Below are positions 11,271 through 20,565 of a stretch of 64,000 nt of DNA, piece after piece. Below the pieces are notes generated by a model that was given only the letters and a program-made list of their open reading frames with translations, did no database searches and was not told where the DNA came from. The DNA lies in the NCBI GenBank assembly GCA_965658055.1, contig CBFHQV010000004.1, positions 609 through 64,608 of the forward strand. The letters run 5' to 3'. Each line of letters opens with the position of its first letter. The stretch's first letter is position 1. Made by a program: the position numbers and the translations under genes. This DNA is from Luminiphilus sp. (GTDB lineage Bacteria > Pseudomonadota > Gammaproteobacteria > Pseudomonadales > Halieaceae).

Positions 11271-11531
11271 TTACTTGGGTGAGCTCTGTTCTTTGAACTC
11301 TTGTGACTCGACGGTGCCTGAATCCCAGGGGTTGCGGTTGCCAAGCTGTCCTGTCGCGACGCCAAAGATGATGACCGTGATGAGACCGGTGGCCAGAGCA
11401 AGCCGGATGCCAAGCGAGGTAAACAGGCGCTTTTTGGTTGGATCTCCCTGATCCGTCATTAAAAAGAAAAGCCCAGATCCCAAACTGACAACCAGAGCAA
11501 GCATGAAAAATCCAATCAACACTTTGAGCAA
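11271..11531 (-). CDS. Small two-TM membrane protein, DUF2909-like, associated with the cytochrome oxidase cluster
   Basis: The 86 aa product has two hydrophobic helices (VLIGFFMLALVVSLGSGLFFLM and LALATGLITVIIFGVATG). From memory, a similar small gene sits between coxC and SURF1 in other gammaproteobacteria. It lies on the opposite strand to the rest of the locus. Confidence 0.6.
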   Translation of the reverse strand: MLKVLIGFFMLALVVSLGSGLFFLMTDQGDPTKKRLFTSLGIRLALATGLITVIIFGVATGQLGNRNPWDSGTVESQEFKEQSSPK

Positions 11532-11573
11532 AATAGATATCCTTCTCGGGCTTGGCCCGTGGGTGATTCGGCA

Positions 11574-12365
11574 ATGAGCTCCAGAGAGTTTAACGCGAAG
11601 GTCGGCTTTCTGGCTTTTTCCCTCGAATGGCGTCTGACGTTATTTACGCTTCTGCTTACGCCGGCCTTGATAACGCTTGGATTCTGGCAGCTGGAGCGGG
11701 CTGAGCAGAAGCAGACGCTGTCTGAGCAGCACGCCTTTCGCGCTACCCTGCCGCCAATAACGCTGGATGAGGCGGTACAACTTTCCAAGCAAAACCTTGC
11801 CGAATTGCGCGATCGTCGTATTGCGTTTAGTGGTACAGCGGTCGCCCAAGACTATCTACTGCTTGATAATCGTTTGAATAATGGCCAGTTCGGCTATGAA
11901 GTCATCGCGCTCATTCAGGCAGGCAACTACCGAGTTCCCGTTAATTTGGGTTGGCTGCCCGGGGACCCCGCCAGACGGGCCTTGCCGACGGTGACGCTAC
12001 CCATCGGTGAGCAGCAGTGGATCGGCAGGGTGTATGCGCCTGAAGACAGGGCGTACACCCTGGGCGAGCAACCGCCCCCGGATTCGCTACCAACAGTTAT
12101 CCAATCTTATGAAGCTGCAGAATATGCGGGGGTCTTGAGCGCCATTACCGCTGCGCCGATACCGGCGTTCATGGTTCGCGTGGATAGTGCGCACCCCGCT
12201 GCATGGGTCGCCGATTGGCCCGTGATTAACCAAACCCCGGAAAAGCACACGGCCTATGCGGTGCAATGGTTTATGATGGCCGCCGTATTGTTTTGTGCTT
12301 TTGTGCTTCGGTCGTCAAATATTGGGTCGCTGTTGCTGGGTCGAAGCCCGTCGAAATTACCGTAA
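11574..12365 (+). CDS. SURF1 family cytochrome oxidase biogenesis protein
   Basis: The N-terminal TM is followed by GFWQLERAEQK, which is the SURF1 signature W-Q-L-x-R. There is a C-terminal TM plus HxxYAVQWF. The gene is located in the cox cluster. The ATG at 11574 is preferred and the track start is 11559. Confidence 0.85.
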   Translation: MSSREFNAKVGFLAFSLEWRLTLFTLLLTPALITLGFWQLERAEQKQTLSEQHAFRATLPPITLDEAVQLSKQNLAELRDRRIAFSGTAVAQDYLLLDNRLNNGQFGYEVIALIQAGNYRVPVNLGWLPGDPARRALPTVTLPIGEQQWIGRVYAPEDRAYTLGEQPPPDSLPTVIQSYEAAEYAGVLSAITAAPIPAFMVRVDSAHPAAWVADWPVINQTPEKHTAYAVQWFMMAAVLFCAFVLRSSNIGSLLLGRSPSKLP

Positions 12366-12374
12366 GGACACACC

Positions 12375-13022
12375 ATGTCTTCATCCCCCGCGGCGGGTAC
12401 TAGCCGATTACCGCTGTTACTTATTGTCGGCACCCCCGTCATTATCATTTTGGCCGCCTCCTGGCTGTGGTACTTCGTGGCTCAGGGACAGCTCGACTTG
12501 GTCGCGGCGCTAGGCACCTCGAACAACGGCACGCTTATTACGCCCCCGCGGCAGATAAAAGATGCGGAGTTTATAGACGACGCTGGCGCTGCTTTTCGCT
12601 GGCAAGACATGGATCCTCGATGGACGATGGTCGTCGTGAACCGGGGATCGATCTGCGGAGCCTCTTGTATAGATCGACTCTATCTAACGCGTCAGCTGCA
12701 TATCGCCTTGGGCAAAGAGTTCAATCGGATAAGGCGTGTCATGATTAGTGACGCGGGCATATCGGAGGTGTCAATCCAGGCTCCAGAGATGTCGCAGTCG
12801 ACGCTGCTAACGGATTATCTTGCCGAAAATCACAAGGGACTGGTGCCTTTGGCGGTGGCTGCGGGCCGGCTAGAGCAAAGTTTTGCGGAGCTTACCGATC
12901 AACCAAACCAGTGGTTTTTAGTGGACCCAGCCGGCTGGATCATGATGCGGTTTGATGATGACCTTGACTACAAGGCGGCGATTTCAGATTTGAAATTCCT
13001 CCTCAAGAATTCGGCGGGTTGA
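12375..13022 (+). CDS. Membrane-anchored Sco-like / thioredoxin-fold-like protein of the cox cluster (function unknown)
   Basis: The 215 aa product has one N-terminal TM (LPLLLIVGTPVIIILAASWLWYFV) and a CxxxC motif CGASC (12654-12668). The motif sits in a context that parallels the bona fide Sco at 13941 (CPDVC). The C-terminal WFLVDPAGWIMMRF parallels [14 protein letters not shown] of Sco. Confidence 0.55.
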   Translation: MSSSPAAGTSRLPLLLIVGTPVIIILAASWLWYFVAQGQLDLVAALGTSNNGTLITPPRQIKDAEFIDDAGAAFRWQDMDPRWTMVVVNRGSICGASCIDRLYLTRQLHIALGKEFNRIRRVMISDAGISEVSIQAPEMSQSTLLTDYLAENHKGLVPLAVAAGRLEQSFAELTDQPNQWFLVDPAGWIMMRFDDDLDYKAAISDLKFLLKNSAG

Positions 13023-13033
13023 GCGTGGATCCA

Positions 13034-13921
13034 ATGGTCAACCCTCCGAGAGCCACGTGGCGTGATTATCTTGAGCTAACCAAACCACGCGTGGTCGCGC
13101 TCATGATTCTTACGGCGCTTATCGGCATGTGTATGGCTGTTCCAGGCTTCGTGCCCTGGCAGCCGTTATTGCTTGGAAATTTGGGTATTGCACTTTGTGC
13201 TGGAGCGGCAGCGGCGATCAATCACCTGGTTGATGAGCGAATCGATCAACAGATGTCTCGCACCCGGTCGCGCCCTGTGGCGACGGGGACGGTCAGTCCG
13301 CGCGCTGCAGCGATGTTTGCCGCATGCCTCGCCCTGGCGGGCATTACGGTTCTCGTCGTTTGGGTTAATACGCTGACCGCCGTACTCACCGTTGCCAGTC
13401 TTATTGGCTATGCCTTTGTGTACACCATGTTTTTGAAGCGTGCGACGCCACAAAATATCGTGATTGGGGGTCTGGCGGGCGCTGCACCGCCGCTGCTGGG
13501 GTGGACCGCTGTCACCGGTGAGATCCATGGTCACGCCCTGTTGCTGGTGCTGATTATTTTTGCCTGGACGCCACCACACTTCTGGGCCTTGGCGATTCAC
13601 CGGCGCGAGGAATACGCATCGGTCGGGATTCCGATGTTACCTGTTACGCACGGCGTGGGGTTTACTGCACTGCATATCTTTCTTTATACGATAATCATGT
13701 TCCTGATCACGCTATTACCCTTTGCGACGTTGCTGAGCGGATGGCTCTATCTCTTGGGCGCCATCGTGTTGGGCGCGATTTTTATCTACTGGTCTATTGA
13801 GATCTTGCGCGGCAAAAACCCGAAGGCGCCCATGGAAACCTTCAAATTTTCGATCACGTATTTATTGGTGCTATTTGTCGTTATGTTGGCGGATCATTGG
13901 TTGATCGATCTGGGTGTTTAA
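13034..13921 (+). CDS. cyoE: Protoheme IX farnesyltransferase (heme O synthase)
   Basis: WRDYLELTKPRVV is the typical CtaB/CyoE N-terminus, and the UbiA-family polytopic membrane profile includes NHLVDERIDQQMSRT. Alternative starts are at 13019 and 13025. Confidence 0.93.
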   Translation: MVNPPRATWRDYLELTKPRVVALMILTALIGMCMAVPGFVPWQPLLLGNLGIALCAGAAAAINHLVDERIDQQMSRTRSRPVATGTVSPRAAAMFAACLALAGITVLVVWVNTLTAVLTVASLIGYAFVYTMFLKRATPQNIVIGGLAGAAPPLLGWTAVTGEIHGHALLLVLIIFAWTPPHFWALAIHRREEYASVGIPMLPVTHGVGFTALHIFLYTIIMFLITLLPFATLLSGWLYLLGAIVLGAIFIYWSIEILRGKNPKAPMETFKFSITYLLVLFVVMLADHWLIDLGV

Positions 13922-13940
13922 AGGAGCGGCTTAGGAGGCT

Positions 13941-14597
13941 ATGGCAGCGGTGTTAACAACGCGAAACAAGGTATGGATCACCGTGGGTGCGGTGCTCTTG
14001 TTTATGGCGCTCGTTGTCATGAGCTTCGTGCATCGGATCCAGCAGCCGCGCGTGATGACCACCGCGGAGATGCAGGTCAATGGCTTGTATTTGTTTGAGA
14101 CGCCCCGTGATCCCGGACAGTTTGCGTTGCAAAGCCATCGAGGCAAGCCGTTCACAGCATCCGATTTGCAGGGCAAGTGGACCATGATCTTTTTTGGTTT
14201 CACTCATTGCCCGGATGTCTGCCCAACGACGCTCTCCTTTTTGTCACAGCTCATATCACAGTTGGAGTCCACCGAGGTAGGCGATACGGCGGTGGTGATG
14301 GTGTCAGTTGATCCAGCTCGAGATACCGCGGCAGTGCTGCAAGATTATGTACCCTACTTTAATCAGGAATTTACCGGCGTAACCGGTGAGTTTGTCGATA
14401 TTTTAAAATTTGCGCGCACCTTTAATGCGCCGTTTCGCAAGGTTACCGCCGAGGATGGGAGTTACCAGGTTGACCATAGCGCTAACATTGTTTTGGTGAA
14501 TCCGCGCGGCCACTACCATGGATTCTTTAAGGCACCGCTGGATTTGGCAAAAATGAAGGTGACCTACCGCTCCGCCCGTTACCTGTGGGAGAACTGA
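13941..14597 (+). CDS. SCO family copper chaperone (Sco1/SenC/PrrC)
   Basis: The product has an N-terminal TM, the CxxxC copper motif FTHCPDVCP and the downstream ligand His in VDHS. A strong RBS aggagg lies upstream. Confidence 0.9.
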   Translation: MAAVLTTRNKVWITVGAVLLFMALVVMSFVHRIQQPRVMTTAEMQVNGLYLFETPRDPGQFALQSHRGKPFTASDLQGKWTMIFFGFTHCPDVCPTTLSFLSQLISQLESTEVGDTAVVMVSVDPARDTAAVLQDYVPYFNQEFTGVTGEFVDILKFARTFNAPFRKVTAEDGSYQVDHSANIVLVNPRGHYHGFFKAPLDLAKMKVTYRSARYLWEN

Positions 14598-14601
14598 GCC
14601 T

Positions 14602-17328
14602 ATGGCAAATCTGCTAATTCTCGTTGATGGATCCTCATATCTTTTTCGGGCCTATCACGCGCTGCCGGCGCTGACCAACTCGAAGGGCTTGAACACGGGC
14701 GCTGTGAAAGGCGTCATCGGCATGATTAAAAAACTGGTGGCCGATTACCCCGATGGAGAGGTGGTGGTGATCTTTGATGCAAAGGGCCCCACGTTTCGCA
14801 ATGAGATGTATGCGGACTACAAAGCTAACCGGCCGCCTATGCCCGAGGAGCTTCGCGAACAGATAGAGCCGATCCACGAAATAATCCGCGCTATGGGTCT
14901 GCCGCTTGTATGTGTCTCCGGTGTAGAAGCTGATGACGTTATCGGCACGCTCGCAAAGCAGGCATCAGAACGAGGTCAGCCGGTGCTCATCTCAACCGGC
15001 GATAAAGACATGGCGCAGTTGGTTAACGAGCACGTGACACTGGTTAACACCATGACCAACACCCTGATGGATCGTGATGGGGTGGTCGCTAAGTTTGGTA
15101 TTCCACCCGAGCTGATTATTGATTTCCTGGCGCTGCAGGGAGACAAGGTCGACAACATCCCGGGGGTTCCCGGGGTGGGTGAGAAAACAGCACTTGCGCT
15201 GCTGACCGGGCTTGGTGGTCTCGACGAAATCTTTGCCAACCTTGATCGAGTAGCGGATCTCGATGTTCGTGGGGCCAAGAATCTGGGAGCTAAATTAGAG
15301 GCCAATCGTGAGTCGGCGCAGTTGTCTTACCAGCTCGCGACGATCAAAACGGACTGTGAGTTAGCGCTTGCAGCCGATGACCTGAAGGCAAAACCGGCAA
15401 ATGATGATCAACTCGTTCAGTGGTTTCGTGAAATGGAGTTTAAGAGCTGGCTGTCAGATGCTTTGGCAGGAGAGCCACTCCCGACAGACAAGCAGGAAGT
15501 GGCGGCCGGCTCAGCACCGCCCCTGCAGGTAGAAACAGTACTTGACGAGGTGTCCTGGCAGCGCTGGCTTGAGTTGTTGAACAAAGCCGAACTTTTTTCT
15601 TTTGATACGGAAACCACGAGCCTCAACTATATGGAGGCTGAAATCGTTGGCGTCTCCTTTGCGGTGGAGGCTGATAGGGCGGCATACGTGCCGCTCGCCC
15701 ATGATTATCCGGGCGCACCCCCCCAACTAGATCGCCAGCTGGTGCTGGCGGATCTCAAACCGCTGCTTGAAAATCCCGAGGCAAAAAAGGTTGGCCAGAA
15801 TCTGAAATACGACGCCAATGTCCTAGCAAATTATGGAATCACCTTGGCGGGCATTGCCCATGATTCAATGCTGGAGTCATACGTACTCGACTCCATTGGC
15901 ACGCGGCACGATATGGATTCCCTGGCCTTAAAATATCTTGGAGAGAAGACGATTACCTTCGAAGAGGTGGCCGGCAAGGGCGCCAAGCAGCTCACTTTTA
16001 ATCAGGTTGCCATCGAGCAGGCGGCCCCCTACGCCGCTGAGGATGCTGCGATCACACTGAGACTGCATAATGCGCTGTGGCCAAAGTTGACCGCAGAGCC
16101 TGCCTTGTCAGGACTTTATGAGAACCTTGAGCTGCCATTGATATCCGTGCTGTCGAGGATTGAGCGCAACGGTGCACGTATTGATCGTCAGCGATTGGCA
16201 GAACAAAGCCACGAATTAAGCGGACGTTTGGATACCTTGGAGGCGCGCGCCCACGAGTTGGCAGGGGAGGCGTTTAATCTGGGGTCACCCAAGCAGCTTG
16301 GGCAAATACTGTTTGAAAAACTTGAACTGCCCGTTCTCAAAAAAACCCCAAAAGGTGCGCCCTCTACGGCGGAGGATGTTCTCACGGAGCTCGCCCTCGA
16401 TTACCCGCTACCCGCCGTGCTTATGGAATACAGGAGCTTGTCCAAGCTGAAGTCCACCTATACCGACAAGCTTCCTGAGATGATTAGCCCGGTCACGGGT
16501 CGCGTGCACACCTCTTACCATCAAGCCGTGACCGCGACAGGGCGTCTGTCTTCCTCGGACCCTAACTTACAAAATATCCCGATTCGAACCGAGGAAGGCC
16601 GCCGGATCCGCCAAGCCTTTTGTGCGTCTCAAGGCTATCGAATCGTAGCCGCGGATTACTCGCAGATAGAGCTTCGCATCATGGCGCATCTCTCCCAAGA
16701 CCCGGGACTTTTGGGGGCCTTTAAAGACAACCTAGATGTTCACAGCGCGACCGCCGCCGAGGTATTTGATACCCCCCTTGAGGCCGTTTCGGGGGATCAG
16801 CGTCGCAAAGCCAAAGCGATCAATTTTGGTTTGATTTATGGCATGTCAGCGTTTGGGTTGGCCAAGCAGCTGCATCTTGGCCGGCATGAGGCCCAGGAGT
16901 ACATAGACCGTTACTTCGATCGTTATCCCGGCGTTGCGCGCTACATGGATGACACTCGGGCTGTGGCTCATGAGCAAGGGTACGTTGAAACCCTGTTTGG
17001 CCGTCGTCTCTACCTGCCTGAAATAAACGCCCGCAATAAGCAGCGCCAGCAGGCCGCAGAGCGCACTGCAATTAATGCCCCAATGCAGGGAACGGCTGCT
17101 GACATTATCAAGCGCGCAATGATTGCTGTTGATACATGGCTTGCGTCGGATGGCATCGACGCCAAGATGATTATGCAGGTGCATGACGAGCTGGTATTTG
17201 AGGTGAAGGACACCGAGACCGATCGGCTCCTGACGACCTTGCCCGCGCTGATGGCAGATGTAGCCACCCTCGACGTGCCGTTATTGGTGGAGGCGGGTAT
17301 GGGTGATAACTGGGATCAAGCGCACTGA
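14602..17328 (+). CDS. polA: DNA polymerase I
   Basis: The 908 aa product has a 5' nuclease domain ([16 protein letters not shown]), a 3'-5' exonuclease domain ([10 protein letters not shown]) and polymerase motifs A ([15 protein letters not shown]), B ([16 protein letters not shown]) and C ([10 protein letters not shown]). Confidence 0.98.
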   Translation: MANLLILVDGSSYLFRAYHALPALTNSKGLNTGAVKGVIGMIKKLVADYPDGEVVVIFDAKGPTFRNEMYADYKANRPPMPEELREQIEPIHEIIRAMGLPLVCVSGVEADDVIGTLAKQASERGQPVLISTGDKDMAQLVNEHVTLVNTMTNTLMDRDGVVAKFGIPPELIIDFLALQGDKVDNIPGVPGVGEKTALALLTGLGGLDEIFANLDRVADLDVRGAKNLGAKLEANRESAQLSYQLATIKTDCELALAADDLKAKPANDDQLVQWFREMEFKSWLSDALAGEPLPTDKQEVAAGSAPPLQVETVLDEVSWQRWLELLNKAELFSFDTETTSLNYMEAEIVGVSFAVEADRAAYVPLAHDYPGAPPQLDRQLVLADLKPLLENPEAKKVGQNLKYDANVLANYGITLAGIAHDSMLESYVLDSIGTRHDMDSLALKYLGEKTITFEEVAGKGAKQLTFNQVAIEQAAPYAAEDAAITLRLHNALWPKLTAEPALSGLYENLELPLISVLSRIERNGARIDRQRLAEQSHELSGRLDTLEARAHELAGEAFNLGSPKQLGQILFEKLELPVLKKTPKGAPSTAEDVLTELALDYPLPAVLMEYRSLSKLKSTYTDKLPEMISPVTGRVHTSYHQAVTATGRLSSSDPNLQNIPIRTEEGRRIRQAFCASQGYRIVAADYSQIELRIMAHLSQDPGLLGAFKDNLDVHSATAAEVFDTPLEAVSGDQRRKAKAINFGLIYGMSAFGLAKQLHLGRHEAQEYIDRYFDRYPGVARYMDDTRAVAHEQGYVETLFGRRLYLPEINARNKQRQQAAERTAINAPMQGTAADIIKRAMIAVDTWLASDGIDAKMIMQVHDELVFEVKDTETDRLLTTLPALMADVATLDVPLLVEAGMGDNWDQAH

Positions 17329-17343
17329 AAGCGATAGCCCGTT

Positions 17344-17364
17344 AGCCACTGGCAGCGGCTTTTT
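17344..17364 (+). terminator. Weak candidate intrinsic terminator after polA
   Basis: The imperfect hairpin agccactggcagcggct (17344-17360, one mismatch) is followed by TTTT. It lies in the 38 nt gap between the convergent polA and engB genes. Confidence 0.3.
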
Positions 17365-17366
17365 AA

Positions 17367-18041
17367 TCAGGGGTCTTCGGGTTCGAGCTCGGTTTCGGGT
17401 GTCAGTACAGAATCGTCGGTGAGCCACGCTGTTAGTTTCTTCTCGAGTTCTTTGAGCCCATCTCGCTTCAGCGAGGAAAACAGCTGTGCGCTCGCAAGGT
17501 CACCGAATTCTAGCAGGCGTGCCTGCACGCCAAGCAGGCTACTCTTCGCGGGCCCTTTTTTTAACTTGTCAGCTTTTGTGAGGAGCACATGGACCGGCAT
17601 TGTTGCTGCAGATGCCCAGGCAATCATCTGCTCGTCTTGGTCGGTCAGGGGGTGGCGCACATCCATGAGCAAAATGAGACCGCGTAAGCTTTGGCGATGT
17701 TGCAGGTAGTTTTCCATGTGCCGGTTCCACTCCCGTTTCATTTTCAACGGCACCTTTGCATAGCCATAACCGGGCAAATCCACGATTCGTTGGGTCTCAC
17801 TCAGGCTAAAGAAGTTAATTAGCTGGGTTCGGCCAGGGGTCCTGCTTGTCCTGGCCAGCTTGGAGTTTTCCGTTAAGGTATTGATAGCACTTGATTTTCC
17901 GGCATTTGAGCGGCCCGCGAAGGCCACTTCTGAGCCGCTGTCCGGGGGTGCATTACTGAGCTGGCTGGCGCTCTGCAGGAAAGTCGCGCTCCGAAAATTC
18001 AGGGCTTTCAGGTGCAGTATTTGTTCATCTTCTGTGGACAT
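17367..18041 (-). CDS. engB: Ribosome biogenesis GTP-binding protein YihA/EngB
   Basis: G1 reads [10 protein letters not shown]3 reads DLPGYG and G4 reads TKADK. The polA-engB-cytochrome c synteny matches Pseudomonas. Confidence 0.93.
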   Translation of the reverse strand: MSTEDEQILHLKALNFRSATFLQSASQLSNAPPDSGSEVAFAGRSNAGKSSAINTLTENSKLARTSRTPGRTQLINFFSLSETQRIVDLPGYGYAKVPLKMKREWNRHMENYLQHRQSLRGLILLMDVRHPLTDQDEQMIAWASAATMPVHVLLTKADKLKKGPAKSSLLGVQARLLEFGDLASAQLFSSLKRDGLKELEKKLTAWLTDDSVLTPETELEPEDP

Positions 18042-18050
18042 AGTTGGGTT

Positions 18051-18078
18051 TTGTGCTCTGCGCCGGATTGTCTATAAT
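18051..18078 (+). promoter_or_regulatory. Candidate sigma70 promoter for the cytochrome c5/c4 genes
   Basis: TTGTGC (18051-18056), a 16 nt spacer and a perfect TATAAT (18073-18078) lie about 80 nt upstream of the c5 start. This is a sequence match only. Confidence 0.3.
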
Positions 18079-18159
18079 ACCGCGCGTTTTGCCGGAGACG
18101 CAGGTCTCTCCGAAATTAACTCATCACTAGCCGGAAACGCCGGGATCAAGGAAATAGAA

Positions 18160-18462
18160 ATGATTAAATCTGTCGCCGCCAGCTTTGCCCTGGCTAGCCT
18201 AGTCGTCGCTGCTCCTGCACTGTCGGAACCCAACATGGACAAATACAACCGCGCCTGCGCAGCCTGTCACGTCAGTGGGGTCGCTGGTGCGCCAAAGTCG
18301 CATGATGTTGCCGCTTGGGAAGCTCGAATGAGCAAAGGGATGGATGCGTTGGTTGCGTCTGTCAAAAATGGTCTGAACGCGATGCCGCCGACGGGTTTGT
18401 GTGCTGATTGTACTGATGAGGAGTATCAAGAGCTCATCACCTACATGTCGACAGCCAAGTAA
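18160..18462 (+). CDS. Cytochrome c5 family monoheme cytochrome
   Basis: The internal ATG at 18160 gives the signal peptide MIKSVAASFALASLVVAAPALS, the heme motif CAACH and the late Cys pair CADC typical of c5. The upstream part of the track ORF (17860-18159) is antisense to engB. Confidence 0.85.
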   Translation: MIKSVAASFALASLVVAAPALSEPNMDKYNRACAACHVSGVAGAPKSHDVAAWEARMSKGMDALVASVKNGLNAMPPTGLCADCTDEEYQELITYMSTAK

Positions 18463-18483
18463 CACCTCTAACGGGAACACACC

Positions 18484-19131
18484 ATGTTGGTACATAACAC
18501 ACTACGCACCCTTCTCTTTGTTCTGAGTTTTGGCCTCGTGGCTACGGTTCAGGCTGCCGGAATCATTAAAGGTGATGCGGCTGCAGGTGAAGGCAAGACG
18601 GTGACATGCTCGGCGTGTCATGGCGCTGATGGCAACAGTGCTGTTCCCACTTTCCCAAAGCTGGCCGGACTCGGTGAAAAATATCTGCTGAAGCAGATGA
18701 AGGACATCCGCGACGGCCGCCGGCCGGTCGCTGTCATGGCGGGGCAGGTCGATAATATGACCGACCAGGATCTCGCCGACATTGCGGCGTTTTATGATGC
18801 CCAGGAGCGCACCAGCGAGATGGCTGATGAAGAGCTTGTTGAGCTTGGTCGCAAGGTTTACATGTCAGGCATTATGGAGCGTAAGGTGGCCGCATGTTCC
18901 GGGTGCCACAGTCCTTCCGGGAAGGGTAACGGGCCTGCTGGCTTCCCCGGCTTGGCGGGGCAGCACGCCGACTACATAGCCGCGCAGCTAAAAATGTTCC
19001 GCACGGGTTACGAAAGCCCAGAGGGGCGCACCAACGATGGCGATTCTAAAATCATGCGCACAACCGCGTTTGAGTTGAGTGATCTCGAAATTAAAGCGGT
19101 AGCCAGCTACGCGTCGGGGCTCAGGCAGTAA
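18484..19131 (+). CDS. Diheme cytochrome c4
   Basis: A signal peptide is followed by two CxxCH motifs (CSACH and CSGCH), each with a downstream Met region. The two-domain repeat is about 200 aa. Confidence 0.9.
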   Translation: MLVHNTLRTLLFVLSFGLVATVQAAGIIKGDAAAGEGKTVTCSACHGADGNSAVPTFPKLAGLGEKYLLKQMKDIRDGRRPVAVMAGQVDNMTDQDLADIAAFYDAQERTSEMADEELVELGRKVYMSGIMERKVAACSGCHSPSGKGNGPAGFPGLAGQHADYIAAQLKMFRTGYESPEGRTNDGDSKIMRTTAFELSDLEIKAVASYASGLRQ

Positions 19132-19266
19132 CCACTGCCATCACGGCTGCCCGGAACATCTGCCACCGAATAAGGTCAAACCCTTGTGTCGCCTGGGACA
19201 GCTGAAGAGCGTTGTGCAGGCGTGTTATGGTTGTTGCAAGTACCTAAGCATTCTTTGGAGGCGGTC

Positions 19267-19911
19267 TTGAAAGTCGTTTTTACTCGGTCTTTTCTTTTTC
19301 TGACTATGCTCTTGACGCTCGGCGGCCAGTCTGTCTTTGCGCAGGAGTCGTGGGAAGTGGGTACTCACTACACGGCGATCAACCCCGCCATAAGAGTGGG
19401 TCCGTCGGACCAAGTCGTTGTCACCGAATTTTTTTGGTACGGCTGCGGCCATTGCTACACCTTTGAGCCCATGCTCGAAAGCTGGAAAAAAAACCTGCCC
19501 GAGGGGGCTCGCTTTCAACCATCTCCAGCGGTCTGGAATGACATGATGAAGCTTCACGCCAAGGCGTATTTTGTGGCAGAGACCCTTGGGGTAGTTGATG
19601 TGATGCACAGCGCTATTTTTAAGGCAATGCATGTCGACAGAAATCGCCTTGGATCGGTCAGTGCCGTGAGGGATTTGTTTGTCGCCAACGGCATCTCCGG
19701 TGCTGACTTTGACAAGGCGTTTAATGCCTTCGGCGTCAACAGCCTAGTCAATCAGGCAGAGGCCCGCGCCAAGTCCGCCAAAATCTCGGGTACGCCCTCG
19801 GTGATGGTCAACGGAAAATATTTGATCGAGGCGAGGAAGGCGGGCAGTCAGGCAAACATGCTAAAGATAGCGGACTTCCTTGTGCAGAAAGAGCTCGCAG
19901 CGGGCGCCTAA
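19267..19911 (+). CDS. dsbA: Thiol:disulfide interchange protein DsbA
   Basis: The active site reads FFWYGCGHCY (CxxC), there is a signal-like LFLTMLLTLGGQSVFAQE, and GTPSVMVNGKY carries the cis-Pro loop. The start is uncertain: the track ORF begins at 19186 and an in-frame TTG at 19267 gives about 214 aa. Confidence 0.85.
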   Translation: MKVVFTRSFLFLTMLLTLGGQSVFAQESWEVGTHYTAINPAIRVGPSDQVVVTEFFWYGCGHCYTFEPMLESWKKNLPEGARFQPSPAVWNDMMKLHAKAYFVAETLGVVDVMHSAIFKAMHVDRNRLGSVSAVRDLFVANGISGADFDKAFNAFGVNSLVNQAEARAKSAKISGTPSVMVNGKYLIEARKAGSQANMLKIADFLVQKELAAGA

Positions 19912-20405
19912 GGGCTGGAGCTTTTTGCCGTTCCGGCGCTTTGTGACAGGGGCAGTGCCGTTCGTGAGACCACTTTTCTCAGCTCAAAACTTGAGTGGAC
20001 GCCCGTTACCCCAGCAATTCGCGTGAGGCGGCCCAACAAAAACTGCTCATAATGGGCCATGTCGACAACTACCACCTTAATTAAGTAATCGGCGCTTTGC
20101 CCGGTGACAACGCAACACTCAATCACCTCGGGGTAGGCGCTGATAGCGGCCTCGAATGCTTCGAAGCGCTCGGGGGTGTGCCGGTCCATGGTGACCCCGA
20201 TATGGGCCGTTAGCGTCAGCCCCAAGCGTGATTGATCGAGCAGGGTGACTCGCGATTTGATGATGCCCTCAGATTCCAGTCGTTTAACCCGGCGGGCGCA
20301 GGGTGTTGGGCTTAATCCGACACGGTCGGCCAGTTCGAGGTTACTTAGTCCCCCTTGCTCCTGGAGCAATCCCAAGATCTTAATATCGGTTCTGTCTAAC
20401 GTCAC
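19908..20405 (-). CDS. Lrp/AsnC family transcriptional regulator
   Basis: The N-terminal HTH reads LDRTDIKILGLLQEQGGLSNLELADRVGLSPTPCARRVKRLE and is followed by an AsnC/RAM domain. The GTG at 20405 is preceded by GGAG. The track ORF extends to 20426. The gene is divergent from leuA. Confidence 0.88.
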   Translation of the reverse strand: MTLDRTDIKILGLLQEQGGLSNLELADRVGLSPTPCARRVKRLESEGIIKSRVTLLDQSRLGLTLTAHIGVTMDRHTPERFEAFEAAISAYPEVIECCVVTGQSADYLIKVVVVDMAHYEQFLLGRLTRIAGVTGVHSSFELRKVVSRTALPLSQSAGTAKSSSP

Positions 20406-20565
20406 GTTATAACTCCAGGCGGCCACATTGGTAGCGATAAAAATTAAAATTACTTGGAAAATAGAATAATACCCCTACGATAATGCAAAAATACGGCTAA
20501 TTTGGTGAAAAAAGCCCGTATCAAGCCGCTAAACTGACTGCCCTGTCTATTGGGAGAAGCTCACC

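Noticed and set aside
10951-11574. The track contains long ORFs antisense to recognised genes. Examples are 10951-11574(-), 2917-3468(-), 13166-13600(-), 31296-31961(-), 38671-39162(-), 46144-46614(+) and 48146-48589(-).
   Set aside because: Each lies opposite or out of frame to a gene with unmistakable family motifs. Their translations are Arg/Pro/Ser/Gly-rich and low in complexity, as expected for shadow ORFs in GC-rich DNA. No motif was recognised in any of them.
17860-18159. The cytochrome c5 ORF has a 100-codon N-terminal extension, giving a 200 aa track ORF.
   Set aside because: The extension is antisense to the 5' part of engB. The signal peptide, the RBS-like ggaaatag context and a TATAAT promoter-like element all fit the internal ATG at 18160.
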